Assembly: GCA_964016885.1 (NCBI GenBank)
Contig: OZ024755.1
Span: 18,848,001-18,912,000 of the forward strand
Length of the DNA stretch: 64,000 nucleotides
Direction of reading: 5' to 3'
Source: Eledone cirrhosa
Taxonomy: Eukaryota
Of the stretch, positions 26,133-39,862 are shown in pieces. Position 1 is the stretch's first letter; every line of letters begins with the position of its first letter. Position numbers and translations under genes: made by a program. The notes below the pieces were generated by a model. That model searched no databases and was not told the DNA's origin. It saw only the letters and a list, made by a program, of their open reading frames with translations.

Positions 26133-28465
26133 TAATAATAATAATAATAATACTGATGTCTAATTTATACAGAAGGATACCTAGAGTATATATGTCCTCC
26201 CCATGGATTTAAGAGATCAGGAAGTGTAACCTTTAACAACTATTTACACATTGTTTGGGGACCATATTTTTTGTTAAATGTGAACCTGACCTTTTCCCTA
26301 TATTTTAACTATAATCAAACTGCTACAATAGATTAACAAACTTATTGTAAGAAATATAAAGAAAAAAGACAAACAGCCAAATATAGACAATAATCAAATA
26401 TATAAAAACAACCGATATATATATATACACACACATATATATAATAATCAATATATATATAAAACAATATATATATATATAAAACAATTAATATATATAA
26501 AGCAATCAATCAATCTATATATATATATATATAATAAAATATAGAACAAGCACCAATATCAATCACCACTCTGCCATATATATAAGAAAAGGTGTTAAAT
26601 ATTATATCATGTCAGATGAACCCTTTTTCGTTATTTAAAGAGAAAAATCATTTGGCAGCTTCATTTATGTGGAGAATACATTTCATTTCACATCTACTTT
26701 TTATTTATTTTGTCATTTTTCTTTTTCTTTTTCTACTATTGTCATCAAAACTGCCATTGTAACTTAAACACAATGGAAATAAATCCATGTTTTCTTGCAA
26801 AGTAAATCTAAGTAGATCCAAGGTAGATAGATATAATGTTCAAGTGATTCCCTTTTTATTTTCAAATATCCTCCCATCACGCACACTACCACGCACACTA
26901 CCTTTTATATACCCAGTACTGAAAATGGTAACAATTCTTCCAGTATAACTCAAGACAACAACAATAGCTACCTGGTGAAAAATTTGTGATTGGTAGGGGA
27001 CTAAGGATCCAATGTAACATATCAAAAAATAGATATTTATAAAGTATGATAGAAGCAAGTTTAACCTATAATTCACCTGTACTATGAATAATTCAAGTTA
27101 AATAGAAAGAAAATAAAACAAAGGGAAAACAAATCTGTTTTCTCCTTACAAACCACCTTTTTTCACCATAGAAACAAGGAAAATAGATATTATTTGTAAA
27201 AGTTTTCTCCAGAACCATTTTTGAGCTTGAGAAATCTAGAAAATAAATCTCTTTCAATAAAGTCTTTCCTGTAAGAAAAGCATGTTTTTAGACTATAACA
27301 ATAGAGCCATCGCTAGTTTTCTTTCATAAAACCAGAGGCAGTATTGGAGAGGTTGCTATCAAAAGGGTTAAAGCTAAAATATCAAATCAGGTTCAAATTA
27401 GATCCAATTTCAATTGGAACCGAGATGAAAGACTTAAGAAATCACAGACTAGATATTCAAAATAGTCCTGTAAATACTTTATCATAATTACTCTGAGAAC
27501 CAATTAATGAATAAAAGTCTCAATGTATATAAAATGCTCAGTTTATGGTTTAAATAAGAAACATTCAGTTGATAGCCACTATAACATCTACTTGGTCAAA
27601 GATTACTAAAACTGTAGAACAACTTAACAAAAAATAATACATTACATCCAACTAAATTAAAACTATATGTAAAATAAATCTATAATAATAAACATCACTA
27701 AATATACAAAATTCTAATAACAAATGTAATATTGGAATTTTAAAAGGAAAAAAAAACAACTTTTTCTTGAAATGAAGATAATTGAAAGAAATTTGAAGAT
27801 TTATAAATATGAAGCTGGAAGTTTTTGGCATTGATATAATCAATAAATGGTAATAGTAAAAATGGGGTGCATAGACTTGTAACAATCAGTTGCTGGCAGT
27901 CAATCTACTTGAAGTTAGAGAAATTTTGTATGTATATGTATTTATATCATCATCATCATCGTTTCTACGTCCATTTTTCCAATATATATATACCAAAGAA
28001 ACAACAGGATGGATGACTATAAAACTTTTTGATTTGGTTTAAAGTATTACAGTATATATGACAGTAGGATGAAGTCTGCTCCAATAGTTGACTAGAAATA
28101 TAACAAAAACAATTTACTAAGAATTTTAAGTCAAGTATTATAGAAGAAATCAAAGAGAAGACAAAGTTTATGACTTTGGAAGTTGAAAACAGTTACACAA
28201 AATTCCACAAAGCCTAGTTTATATCTTTAGACTTGGAAAAAATTCCACAAAATTCCGGAAAACAGAGCTTATATCTTTGGAGGTTGAAAAATGTTAGACA
28301 AAATTCCACAAAGTAAAATATAAAAAGAATACACTTAAAATATTTATTAATTCCAATTGAAATATGTCAAGCAATTATAATAAAGTAATAAAAAACTGAC
28401 TTGGACCATAACAATCCATCCAACAACCCGTGCCAGCATGGAAAGTGGTAGATATAAAATGATAA

Positions 28466-28638
28466 TAATTGTTTCTACTTTTGGCACAAGGCCAGCAATT
28501 ACCCAGTACATTACTGGTATTTTATTTTATCAACCCCGTAAGGATGAAAGGCAAAGTTAACCTCGGCGGGATTTGAACTCAGAATGACAAGGGTCAAAGC
28601 ATGGCATCCGACCCTCTACCGATACTGCCAACCCACCA
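28466..28638 (-). mobile_element. Family A SINE
   Basis: Family consensus match. Confidence 0.88.
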
Positions 28639-29206
28639 ATGATGAGGATGCAATAAAATGCTGAAACTATTCAAGTATTTCCATTTACTAACATAAAAAC
28701 ATGGTTACATGACATGAGTAAAGAGAAATATTGGTGCAAGAGAGAGGTAGGTGGAGCAAGGGGAGCTAATCAATACCCCAATATGTTACACATGTCATTC
28801 TATCATATTTGTTTATACTTAAGTAAGGTCAAGCTTTAACCAATTCACAAATAATTTAGCCAGAATTTATTTCAAAACGGCAACAAATTATGACAATAAA
28901 CAAGAGAAATAAAAAGCAATTCTAACAATGGCAGCACTAAGGAAATAAAATATGGCAAGGAAATCTTTCCAGGTTTCTCTGTGTACAGATTGATTTCTAG
29001 TAAGATTGCATGGCTTTCATTTACGAGCAAAGCAGAGTTTCTGTTAGAAAGTGTCTAGGAGAAAAGTGAAGAGGCTGACAGCTGCAACAACTTTAATGGC
29101 AAACAGTTCAGAAAGGTGTCCAACATGTCAAGTAAGAAGTACTGTGTAAATATATGGCTAGATCTAGTAACTAGATAATTAAAAGGGGTGTGTGGGTTTG
29201 TGTGTA

Positions 29207-29267
<61 letters not shown>

Positions 29268-29488
29268 AAGAGAGAGAGAGATGAGGTGTATGTGTGAAAA
29301 AGAGTGTGTATGAGAGAGATAGAGAGAGAGAGAGAGAGAAAGAGAGAAAGTGTGTGTGTGACAAAGGAAAAGCAACATTAAAATAAATAAACCACAATAT
29401 ATTCCAATGAGACAAAAAAGATAAAAAGAGGCAGGCAGTATATATATAATTTCCAATAGCCGAAATACGATTCTCGCTAATTTATATT

Positions 29489-29543
<55 letters not shown>

Positions 29544-29677
29544 TGATGTTGCATAGGAAACACTGGGAGAGAAAGAAAGAATGAGAGAGATAAACTGAGA
29601 GATAAAGATGAATTGACAAAGGAAATGTCATTAAATAGTTGATTAGTTCATTAGAAGATCAAGCTGAAGAATATATG

Positions 29678-29718
<41 letters not shown>

Positions 29719-29776
29719 GTGTGTGTATATATCAATGATAATAAATTGAAACTATATTTATAAAACCATATTTATT

Positions 29777-29837
29777 TATTCTATTATATATATTTCAAGG
29801 ATACCAAAACTTTGGTACGATCTCATCAGATAAAATA
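29777..29837 (-). ncRNA. Type I hammerhead ribozyme motif (inverted arm)
   Basis: Reverse complement of the 29971-30031 motif, core intact. Confidence 0.7.
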
Positions 29838-29970
29838 CAAAGTTTGTTTTATAAATATTGACATATCCAGGAAGGAGACCTTAACAGTTCAAGTTTTACC
29901 TGAATAGTGTAAAACTTGAACCGTTAAGATCTCGTTCCTGGATATGTCAATATTTATAAAACAAACTTTG

Positions 29971-30031
29971 TATTTTATCTGATGAGATCGTACCAAAGTT
30001 TTGGTACCCTTGAAATATATATAATAGAATA
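29971..30031 (+). ncRNA. Minimal type I hammerhead ribozyme motif
   Basis: Stem I TATTTTAT/ATAGAATA, CTGATGA, stem II GTACCAAA-gt-TTTGGTAC, GAAA, palindromic A-TATATA-T, AUA triplet. Confidence 0.72.
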
Positions 30032-30651
30032 AATATGGTTTTATAAATATAGTTTCCATTTATTAATATAATTGATATTATACTCCAGAAAACTTGCTGA
30101 GTGCTTCAAATTAGTTATAAATATATATATTTGTTGAATTACCAACAAATTAAATATCCCTTTGCTTATATATATATATATATGTATTTATGTAGGTTCA
30201 TCTATATGTATATATGTATATAATATGTATGTAGGTATATATCTCACTCTATATAAATATCTAACTGGTAGCAACAAGTAATCAAACCAAAATGATATTA
30301 GTTCCTGCCTTCAGTCATTTTTGTTTCAGTTCAGTTCCACAGAAATTACCACATTATTGATATCAATCACTATCACAACCAAATATTGATTTTTTCTTAT
30401 TAGGTACAACACCAACTGTTGACACAGAGAAACAACTGGTCAATGGATCCAAGTATATTACTGGTACATGTTTTATTGACCTTTCATATCACTCCAGATA
30501 TATTAATTATCTAGCTGTAGCTCTCACACAGTCTGATCCATAATAGAGCCTTATATAAAGGCAGATATATTAATTATCTAGCAGTAACACTAACACAGTG
30601 TGATCCATAATAAAGATGTATATGAAGCCATGTATGATATGTTTGTATATA

Positions 30652-30866
30652 ATGGTTTCTGGTTTAGGCACAAGGCCAGCAATTTTTGGAGAGGGGAAAG
30701 TTGATTAAATTGACCCCACAGCATTACTGATACTTTATTTTATTGAGCCCCACCTAAGGATGAAAGACAAAGCTAACTTTGGCAGGATTCGAGCTCAGAG
30801 CATAAAGGGATGTAACTATGCCACAAAGCATGTTGTCCGATGGTCTCCCAATACTGCCAATCCACT
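30652..30866 (-). mobile_element. Family A SINE, longer/older variant
   Basis: Extra segment ttttggagaggggaaagttgattaaattgacccc, also seen at 41858, 51462, 51685 and 59355. Confidence 0.8.
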
Positions 30867-31357
30867 CTTATGTTTGTGTATAATAAACATACATATATCT
30901 TGTTATGAGGGTTTTAAGCTGTGATCATGTCACAGCTGTATCAGTGGCTGTGTGAGAAAACCAAACAAATGATTCAGGAGTTTTATCCATCATCAGTGAT
31001 GTTTACTCATTCGGTATTAAGACAAGAATAAGCTATAGATTATATACTGTTTGTGAATAAAACATCAGATGCTGAATAATACTTGGAAAGTGTTATTCTT
31101 TGTGGGTGTGAATTTAGTATTTCTTCTCCTGCTCATGCACAAACACGCACACAGTGCAGATACCTTGGGGAGGAGTTGATTTTTTCTTCTGGTAATGGAT
31201 TAACCAAAAGGGAAAGGGCAAAGGCTGTGATCTTTTGTAAGACCTCTGAGAGACTGTTGGAGGGGAGGGGGACAAGGAAGAAACTATGACTCATGGGTTG
31301 TTGTAGTAGGAAGAAGCACAAGATATTCAGAGTGGATACTTGGTTTGAATGCTGGCA

Positions 31358-31561
31358 ACAGAGTGGACTCTACTAAAGGTACCCATGGACCAGCTGTTGG
31401 TCCTATACAGAGGGAACTCTACTAAAGGTACCCAAGCAACAAAATGGTGCTGTTATACAGAGTGGACCCTATTCAAGGTACCCAGGGCCAGATGGTTGTG
31501 TTACAAAGAGTGGACCCTATAAAAGGTACCCAAGGACCAGCTGGTGATGCTATACAGAGTC
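31358..31561. repeat. Diverged ~49-bp tandem repeat, ~4 copies
   Basis: acagagtggac(t/c)cta..aaaggtaccca.ggaccag units. Confidence 0.8.
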
Positions 31562-31562
31562 C

Positions 31563-31797
31563 ACTGATACTTTTTTTTTATCAACCCCAGTATTTAAATA
31601 GTACTTTATTCTATCAACCCTGAAAGAATGAAAGGTGAAGTTGATCCCAACACAATTTAATTATCGACCCTGTGAACATGAAAGGCAAAGCTAACCCCAG
31701 CAGGGTTTGAAATCATTATGTAAAGGATCGTAACTCTATGTTGTGAACTCCTCATGATGTCCGACACTCTACCAATTCTACTGCCAATCCACTGCCC
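31563..31797 (-). mobile_element. Degraded family A SINE fragments
   Basis: tatcaacccc...gaaaggcaaagctaacccc...tgccaatccactgccc. Confidence 0.65.
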
Positions 31798-32702
31798 TTA
31801 ACACACTCATAATAATGAGTATTTTAAACAAAAGAAAATGAAAATTTTGGCTGATGTTAATTAATATACGTGAAATATACAGAAAGATAGGAACCTCTAC
31901 TACTTATAATTTTAAGAAAATGTTAGGATTTGAGAAATGGGAACATTTAAACTTTCTCTAGTCTTAAAAAAAGGTCACATGACTTAGGGATAACCTGACA
32001 TATAAATCATGAGAACCCCACACCACCCTAAATATTCTGTTTTATCTCCGAAGCACAGCTGTAATAAGAAAATAACAACATAAAACAAATAGAAAATGTT
32101 ACGTTCTGGAAAGTTATGTTTGTATAAGAAGTGTGTGTGTGTGTGTTTGTGCATGCATGTGTGTGTAAGTGTTAAAAGTGAATGTGTTAAAAGTGAGTGT
32201 TTGTGTCAGTATGTGAAGTGTACATATGTGTGAGTGTGTATGTGTTAAAAGTGAATACTTGCTATTAAATTTATCTAGAAAGTAGATTCTAGGTTCAGTT
32301 CAGTTTGGTTTACTTCTTCACATATTTGCCCTTTGATAGGGATCCCCCTTCCCTGGGGTTTTAACATATCTTCTTTGATTTTCAAGAAATAACTTTCATA
32401 TAAATATGTCTTAAAAAACAAAAACCTCCCAAACTTTATGGCTTGTTTTTTATAAGAAACATTAAACAATTAATTGTTAATTGAATTTATTTCTCTGCTG
32501 ACTTTAAAAAGAAATGATACCTTATCTACTACAGTAGTCTTCTGTGTCAATAGCTATAAAAACCATTGTATAACATAGCTACATTATAGGGTATTACATA
32601 GGAGGTATTTCTGAATACCCTTCAAACAACTACAAAAAGGAGAAAATAGGAAGAGAAATTATCATATCGGAATTCAACATGTTCCGATAAAGAAATCAAC
32701 AG

Positions 32703-33050
32703 CTTCTTCTTCTTTGCCCACTTATTCCTAAGAGGTTCATAGGGGCAGAGTCCTCAAACACTCCTTGCAGCAGGTCCTGTCAGAAGCAACCATCTCCAAC
32801 TGATCTGGCTGGATCCCCAAGTGAGACCAGCCAAGTTCATGGATGTTATCCAACCATCTAGTACCAAACCAAACCTCTTTCACCCACACTTTAACAGCTA
32901 AAGCAGAAACTACTGCACTGAACAATCTCCACTTTGTCTCAACGTCCTCGGTTTGCACAGGGAGTTCTCTGAATTTGGATGCAATAGTACCAGCATACTT
33001 GGTCCTCACTTTCTTATCCACCAATGCTTCCTACTTTATCCTGTAGGTCA
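32703..33050 (-). mobile_element. Degenerate, internally deleted RTE LINE fragment
   Basis: DVETKWRLF (EN-RT linker-like) joined to TRWLDNIHELGWSHLGI..LEMVASDR (RTE C-terminus); (gaa)n tail. Confidence 0.55.
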
Positions 33051-33798
33051 CCTTGGCTAAGACATGTAAAATTATTAAGGTATTTGGAGTATATACTAAC
33101 AACAGGTTCTTACATAAAATTATATAATGTCTTAATTTAGATATGAACACTTTAAAATGAGAACATTTGTATAATAGAACTAGTGTTGTCTCAGACAGGT
33201 TGGCATTAATAGGAGGGGGAGACAATTTTATATACCTCAGTGGGTCTGGCTGAGAGCTGGAGCAATATTTGTGTCAACCCTTTTACTTAAATAGGTTAAA
33301 TAGAAAAAGAGGCAGAAACTATAAGCTGTCTACTAAACCTATTTACCATCGTGTTTTAAGCATAGTCAAATTGAATTAGGATAATAATATTTTATTTTTA
33401 GAGGTTGGAATAAAAGGAAATTTATTACATATGGGCAAATGAAAAGTACTTCTAGCTTTGGTGATGTATATGAACTGAACCAACAGACGGAGAATGTCAA
33501 ATAAACAATAAAATGAAAGAAAGAAAGCATCATATTCCAGTGCCAGTTTTATCTTACATGGTTTAATTCCTACTAGAAGGTTAGATAAGCTGTTGAGGAC
33601 ATTTTTATAACCAGCTGACCAAGCAAAATTGTTTTAGCATCTAATGAAATAAATGACATTTTGGAGGGTGTATTTAAATTTGATAACATACTTGACTTCC
33701 ATACAAGTATCAAATATATATATATATAACATTGTCATTTAACATCTTCCATATATATGCCCCTTAAATTTTAGTTATCTTACCCAAGGACACACACG

Positions 33799-33841
<43 letters not shown>

Positions 33842-33959
33842 AGGTATAAGATTGAGAAGATTCCAGACCACATTTGCTTACCGAGTGGGGTGGAACTCCT
33901 CAAATCAGACAAAGGAGACAATGTTTCCATTGGTCGTCTTTCTTTCCATTGATGATACT

Positions 33960-34340
33960 TTCTACCGGTTGCATCTCCTGTCAGAAGGAGCAACATGAAA
34001 TAAAGTGTCTTACTCAAGGACATACTGCAGTGTCAGGTCTGAGAATTGAATCTGCAACCTCATGATTGCAGATCCAATTCTCTAACCACTAAGCCACATG
34101 CCTACACTTATACATAGCATCCAGCCATAGAAAGCTTGCCAAACAAAAAGTAGGGAGGACCATTCAGTTGTGTCAAAGACCTCTCATAAATCATAAGTAG
34201 AACATGAGACTGTATGTAAGTAAAATACAGACCCCTGGCCTGTCTGGGAGGTCAGTATCCCTGCTATAGTATTGACATGGTTTAGGTAGACCCATCCAAC
34301 CCTTGTTAACAAGGAAAGCAGAGGTTAAATTGATGATGTA
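33960..34340. mobile_element. Old SINE B-related head (minus) abutting a plus-strand SINE/LINE tail
   Basis: gagcaacatgaaataaagtgtctt...ctaaccactaagccacatgcc, then gcatccagccatagaaagcttgcc...gatgatg. Confidence 0.6.
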
Positions 34341-34561
34341 TGTTTGTAGATATACATACTTTCAATGAAGGGTAGAAACAGTTGGGCTTAGTTAATAGAG
34401 TTAAGTATTAACCAATTTCAGTATTCTATTTCAATCCCCAGTGGTACCAAATACTTATGTTATTAATGATGTTTTCAATGATATATGACTTTTCTGATAA
34501 CTTGAATAATGCAAGTCACTTAAACCACTAGATCATTAGGGCACTACTGGGAGCTGATGTT

Positions 34562-35048
<487 letters not shown>

Positions 35049-35150
35049 GTATCGTTTAATGTCCATTTCTCCACACTTAAAATGCGTTAGACAGGTTGTC
35101 ACATTATGAGACAAATCAGGTCAGTGTGTGTGTATATATATATATATATA

Positions 35151-35555
35151 TTGGCGGTACTCAGTAACAGAGAAGACCCGCCTTGCCAGTAGGCATCTCT
35201 AACAAAATACACCCCGTCCCGCCACCACCCCCACCCCATCCACACCACCCCGTTCTATGTAAAGTTATGTTGGTGCCGCGCCATCCAGGCCGAAACAAAT
35301 GAGATCGCGTAGGTGTCACGACAAAAAAACACACAGTCCACGCTGTAATGTGGCCGTGTAGGCAACACAGTAAAAACCTCCCAGTCCACACTGTAAACGT
35401 GGTTGGTGTTAGGAAGGGCATCCAACTGTAGAAAACCTGCCAGACAGTCCTATGCGAGCAAGACAATCACTCTTGCCTCAAGTGGGACTACCCCCTTCCA
35501 AACCCATGCAAGCGTGGAACACGGACGTTAAACGTTGATGATGATGATGATGATG
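35151..35555 (+). mobile_element. RTE LINE (family C) 3' end
   Basis: Reverse complement of 56650-57052, near identical; (gat)n tail. Confidence 0.9.
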
Positions 35556-35574
35556 ATATATATATATATATATA

Positions 35575-35680
35575 CATACACTTTAAAGTATTTCGGCTCT
35601 GTAATATACTTGTTATTTTACATTGAGCTATTCTAATACTTGTAGTAATTGGATAATATTTAATATTACCCACCTTTTAT
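35575..35680 (+). mobile_element. Probable PLE-like hairpin tail fragment after (TA)n
   Basis: gctc-tgtaa...ttacatt-gagc hairpin (35596-35628) followed by gtagtaattgg. Confidence 0.4.
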
Positions 35681-36006
35681 CATTTCATTTTACGTCCACT
35701 TTTCCCTGCTTGCAAGGGTGGGACGGGAACTGATTCTGGCTTGATTTCTACAGCTGGATGCCCTTCCTAACACCAACCTCATTTACAGTGAGTGCTGGGG
35801 GCTTTTTTTGCCGTGGCACCTCCACGACCACTTTGCAGTGGAATGATAGGGACCCCAGTCCCTATCATCTCATTTCTACAGCTGAGTAAACTGGAGCAAT
35901 GTGAAATAAAGTGTCTTGCTCAAGGAAACAACACCCGGTCTGAAAATTGAACTCACAACCTTTTGATTGCAAGCCCAATGCTCTAACCACTAAGCCATGT
36001 GCCTCC
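35680..36006 (-). mobile_element. CORE-like SINE (family B)
   Basis: Reverse complement of 61666-62011. Confidence 0.92.
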
Positions 36007-36102
<96 letters not shown>

Positions 36103-36103
36103 G

Positions 36104-36134
<31 letters not shown>

Positions 36135-36135
<1 letters not shown>

Positions 36136-36238
36136 GTTGCAGTATAGCAATATAAGGTTGCACTTACCAATGAAACGGTCGTAAATACCTGGATAAAATC
36201 CTTCTCTTAATGCTTACCTGTGTTTTCTCTTTTATACT
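36135..36238 (+). other. (TA)n-flanked fragment with a possible 3' half of a hammerhead (GAAA-CGGTCG-TA)
   Basis: gaaacggtcgta at 36172-36183; no upstream CTGANGA. Confidence 0.35.
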
Positions 36239-36260
36239 ATATATATATATATATATATAT

Positions 36261-36545
36261 ATAATTGTTTCTACTTTAGGCACAAGGCCAGCAATTACCA
36301 GTGCCTTACTGGTACTTTATTTTATCGACCCCGTAAGGATGAAAGGCAAAGTCATATATAATGGTGAATTGGCAGTATCGGTAGAGGGTTGGACGACATG
36401 CTTTCCAGCATAGTTACGTCCCTTTACGGTCTGAGTTCAAATCCCGTCGAGGTTAACTTTGCCTTTCATCCTTACGGGGTCGATAAAATAAAGTACCAGT
36501 AATACACTGGAATAATTGCTGGCCTTGTGCCAAAAGTAGAAACAT
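36261..36545. mobile_element. Two family A SINEs in inverted orientation (minus partial 36261-36353, plus 36362-36545)
   Basis: Consensus matches on opposite strands. Confidence 0.85.
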
Positions 36546-37121
36546 TTATATGGTCTACACATAGCAAGTCAGATTGTCCTTGCTTATATCTTGTGAAGCT
36601 ATATTCAAGGAAGAATTAGGATCACATCAATTATAATTATTCAATTAGTCACTTAGTCTTAACCTTGCTGTTGCTGCGTGTTGGTTTGTTTAAAAAATTA
36701 GAGAGTAACTCAAGTACTGTTTGGAGCATGTGATTGAGTGTTCTTGTCTTGTTCCATTTGTCTTCTCTCTCCTTTTATTGTACAATGTCTATAAATTATC
36801 ATGGCTCACCACATCATGGCACCTATTTTTAACTAATGGAACTTGATTGTTGAGAGTTAGATACTCTAGGGTCCCAAATAATAGGGTGGGGCGAGGGTGG
36901 AATATGTTAGGGGTGTGTGTGTGTGGAAAATCGATAATTTTTTTAGTTTTTCTCCCTTGAGTTTTTGAGAAAAACCAGAATTAGTCATTTAGTTTACATA
37001 TTGAGACTCCCAACCCATGTTATTTATTTTATAATGTATGGGATTTATTGTAATATATATATATATATATGTTATGTTATGGAACTGTTAGCTTCTCGCT
37101 AAAACAATTTCTATACCTTTC

Positions 37122-37152
<31 letters not shown>

Positions 37153-37241
37153 CGTTCAATAAAAAGACCCTTTTTTAAAATATATAGATGCAATTTGAAT
37201 ATTTGAACACCTAAACAAAGCCATCACATAAAATATTAATA

Positions 37242-37634
37242 TAATTGTTTCTACTTTGGGCACAAGGCCAGCAATTACCCAGTATATTACTGGTACTTTA
37301 TTTTATTGACCCCATAAGGATGAAAGACAAAGTTAACCTCGGCGGGATTTGAACTCAGACCATAAAGGGCCGTAACTCTTTGCTGCAAAGCATGGCGTCC
37401 GACCCTCTACCAATACTGCCAATCCACCGCTATAAAATATTAATATAATTGTTTCTACTTTAGGCACAAGGCCAGCAATTACCCAGTGTATTACTGGTAC
37501 TTTATTTTATCGGCCCCGTAAGGATGAAAGACAAAGTTAACCTCGGCGGGATTTGAACTCAGACCATAAAGGGCCGTAACTCTTTGCTGCAAAGCATGGC
37601 GTCCGACCCTCTACCAATACTGCCAATCCACCGC
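37242..37634 (-). mobile_element. Tandem pair of family A SINEs (204-bp unit) with a triplicated flank
   Basis: ataaaatattaatataat at ~37228, 37432 and 37636. Confidence 0.9.
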
Positions 37635-38390
37635 TATAAAATATTAATATAATAGAATGCGACCTTATTCAACCGAGTCACTAAAAGGACAGCAAATAAA
37701 AACTTAAATAGATTGTCATTGATGGTAATAAGACCAACCACGGAAGAGAGAGGAGTAGATGTATATAGTGGATATATTTTAATGGTGGTAATGTATGTAG
37801 TGGTATAGCTGTGCTGTGTATGGAACGGAAGATAATGTCAAAAATTAGATTAAATGATAGAGACAAGAGGAGGCTGAATTACAGATGATTACATTGATGC
37901 AGGATGTTATCAAATTTGATATTATTGCGACTTCTTCTCCACCCCTCCCCTCCTTTCTATCTCAGCTGATGTGATATGACGGACTTATAAAAAAGGTCTA
38001 CTGCTATCTATTGTCCAGAAGCTAAAATACACACACACACATACACACACACACATATATATACATTCCTACATACATATGCATAAAAAGGGACAAAAGA
38101 CAGTTCATAGAAACAATACATACACATAGCTGCATACATACATGCACATACACACAAACACAAACACAAACACAACATACACACATACATACACAAACAT
38201 AACATACATACACACAAAAAGGACATACATCAGTTCACAAAGACCATACATACACATACTCAATCACATACATAAATGGCCATACAATCATTCACAGAGA
38301 TCATACATACACATACATATACATATATACTCACATATATATATATACACACACACACAAAAAAAAGGACACACATCAGTTCACAGAAAC

Positions 38391-38447
<57 letters not shown>

Positions 38448-38894
38448 ACACATACACACATATACTCCCACACATACATAAATACAAATACACACACACA
38501 CATACGTAACTACACATACACACACACACACACACATATATATACACATATATACTTACATCCACAAAAAGGGAGAGAAACATTAGTTGAGAGAAAGCAA
38601 CAAAGGGCCAGTGCCAAGTATCACAGCAAGCTACTTCAGTTTGGCACACCAAACAGACATTTAAAGTTTAACAAGTTGAAGCAGAGGAAGGAACCCCCCT
38701 CTGTAATTCAACATAGATGTGATCATGTGATCAGACATTAAATGACAACAGGATGAAATTATCTCTTCAGGCATGACTATTAAAAGAAGTAAAAAAAAAA
38801 AATAAAAAAAAAAAGGTAAAATGAAGGCAATTAAAAGAATAACCACTGAATCATTTAATAATATTTAAAACACCATGTCACATACACACACTCA

Positions 38895-38896
38895 CC

Positions 38897-38933
<37 letters not shown>

Positions 38934-39121
38934 TATTTTTCTCTCTGCCTTCATCTCTCCATCTCTCTGCATCGCATCGCTTCATCTATTTCTCTCCCTG
39001 TTTCCGTCTCTCCATCTCTCTCTCTCTGTCTCTCCATCTCTCTCTCTATGTCTCTCCATCTCTCTCTCTCTCTCTGTCTCTCCATCTCTCTCTCTCTCTG
39101 TCTCTCCAGCTCTCTCTCTGT

Positions 39122-39160
<39 letters not shown>
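38895..39160. repeat. (CT)n-rich low-complexity repeat
   Basis: Seen directly. Confidence 0.9.
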
Positions 39161-39165
<5 letters not shown>

Positions 39166-39559
39166 CAAAAAACTAAGGGATATAATTACATTGCTGGTTT
39201 AGCTTAGTGAATAACTTCATTTATTTATTTATTTATTTATTCCTTAACAATCCTATTAGACCCCCCCCCACACACACACAATCATTATTTATGGATATGT
39301 CCCATCATGGAGGACTACTGTAGTCTACTGAGCTAGTACTTATTTGTGGTTGCTATGGCTCTAAGTAGATGTGACAAAATTACCCCTGGTTAGGATGTTA
39401 GTCTATCAAAGGTATCTTTTCCTGTGGGAAAAAAACAACAGCTGAGAGTAGGACAGTAAGTCAATAGATCATTCATCAATTCTACACTACAGCTGCTGCT
39501 GCTGTTGTTGTTAAGACTGAGGAAATTGATGACAGTGCATAAAGAACTCCATTCAAAGA

Positions 39560-39862
39560 GTGATGTCACAAGACTTTATGCCGGAAGAAAGATAGAAAGG
39601 AGAGGACTAATAAGTTGGGAAAATTTGGTCAAAAATAAAGAAAAATTGCTTGGTACTTTAAAAATATAAGGTTGGAGACCTTGACACACTGAAATCTGCT
39701 GATGTAATAGCATCTAATGACTGTAAGAAGAGAGTGAAAAAAGAACTTGAAAAGGAATGGAAGGATAAACTTATGCATGGACAGTACACTAGAGATAAAG
39801 TAGGCCTTCATTAGAAAAAGAGCTGGCTGTGGCTTTAACATGGTGATCTGCAAGGATGCACT
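39560..39862 (+). mobile_element. Degenerate R4/Dong-like (RLE-type) LINE fragment
   Basis: gaatggaaggataaacttatgcatggacagtac = EWKDKLMHGQY; EKSWLWL*HGDL: motifs found upstream of the CCHC/RLE region in R4-like elements. Confidence 0.55.

Larger units (their letters stand above)
29727..30167 (+). mobile_element. Palindromic PLE-like element: ~170-bp inverted arms, 9-nt loop, hairpin tail, microsatellite-flanked
   Basis: 29727-29899 is the reverse complement of 29909-30078 with few mismatches; tail tactccagaaaacttgctgagtgcttcaaattagttataa...ccaacaaattaaata is homologous to 61261-61335. Confidence 0.8.

Noticed and set aside
30390-30482. Apparent small exon (ttag|GTACAACACC...CCAA|gtat)
   Set aside because: The sequence aligns to a decayed family A SINE; no support for splicing.
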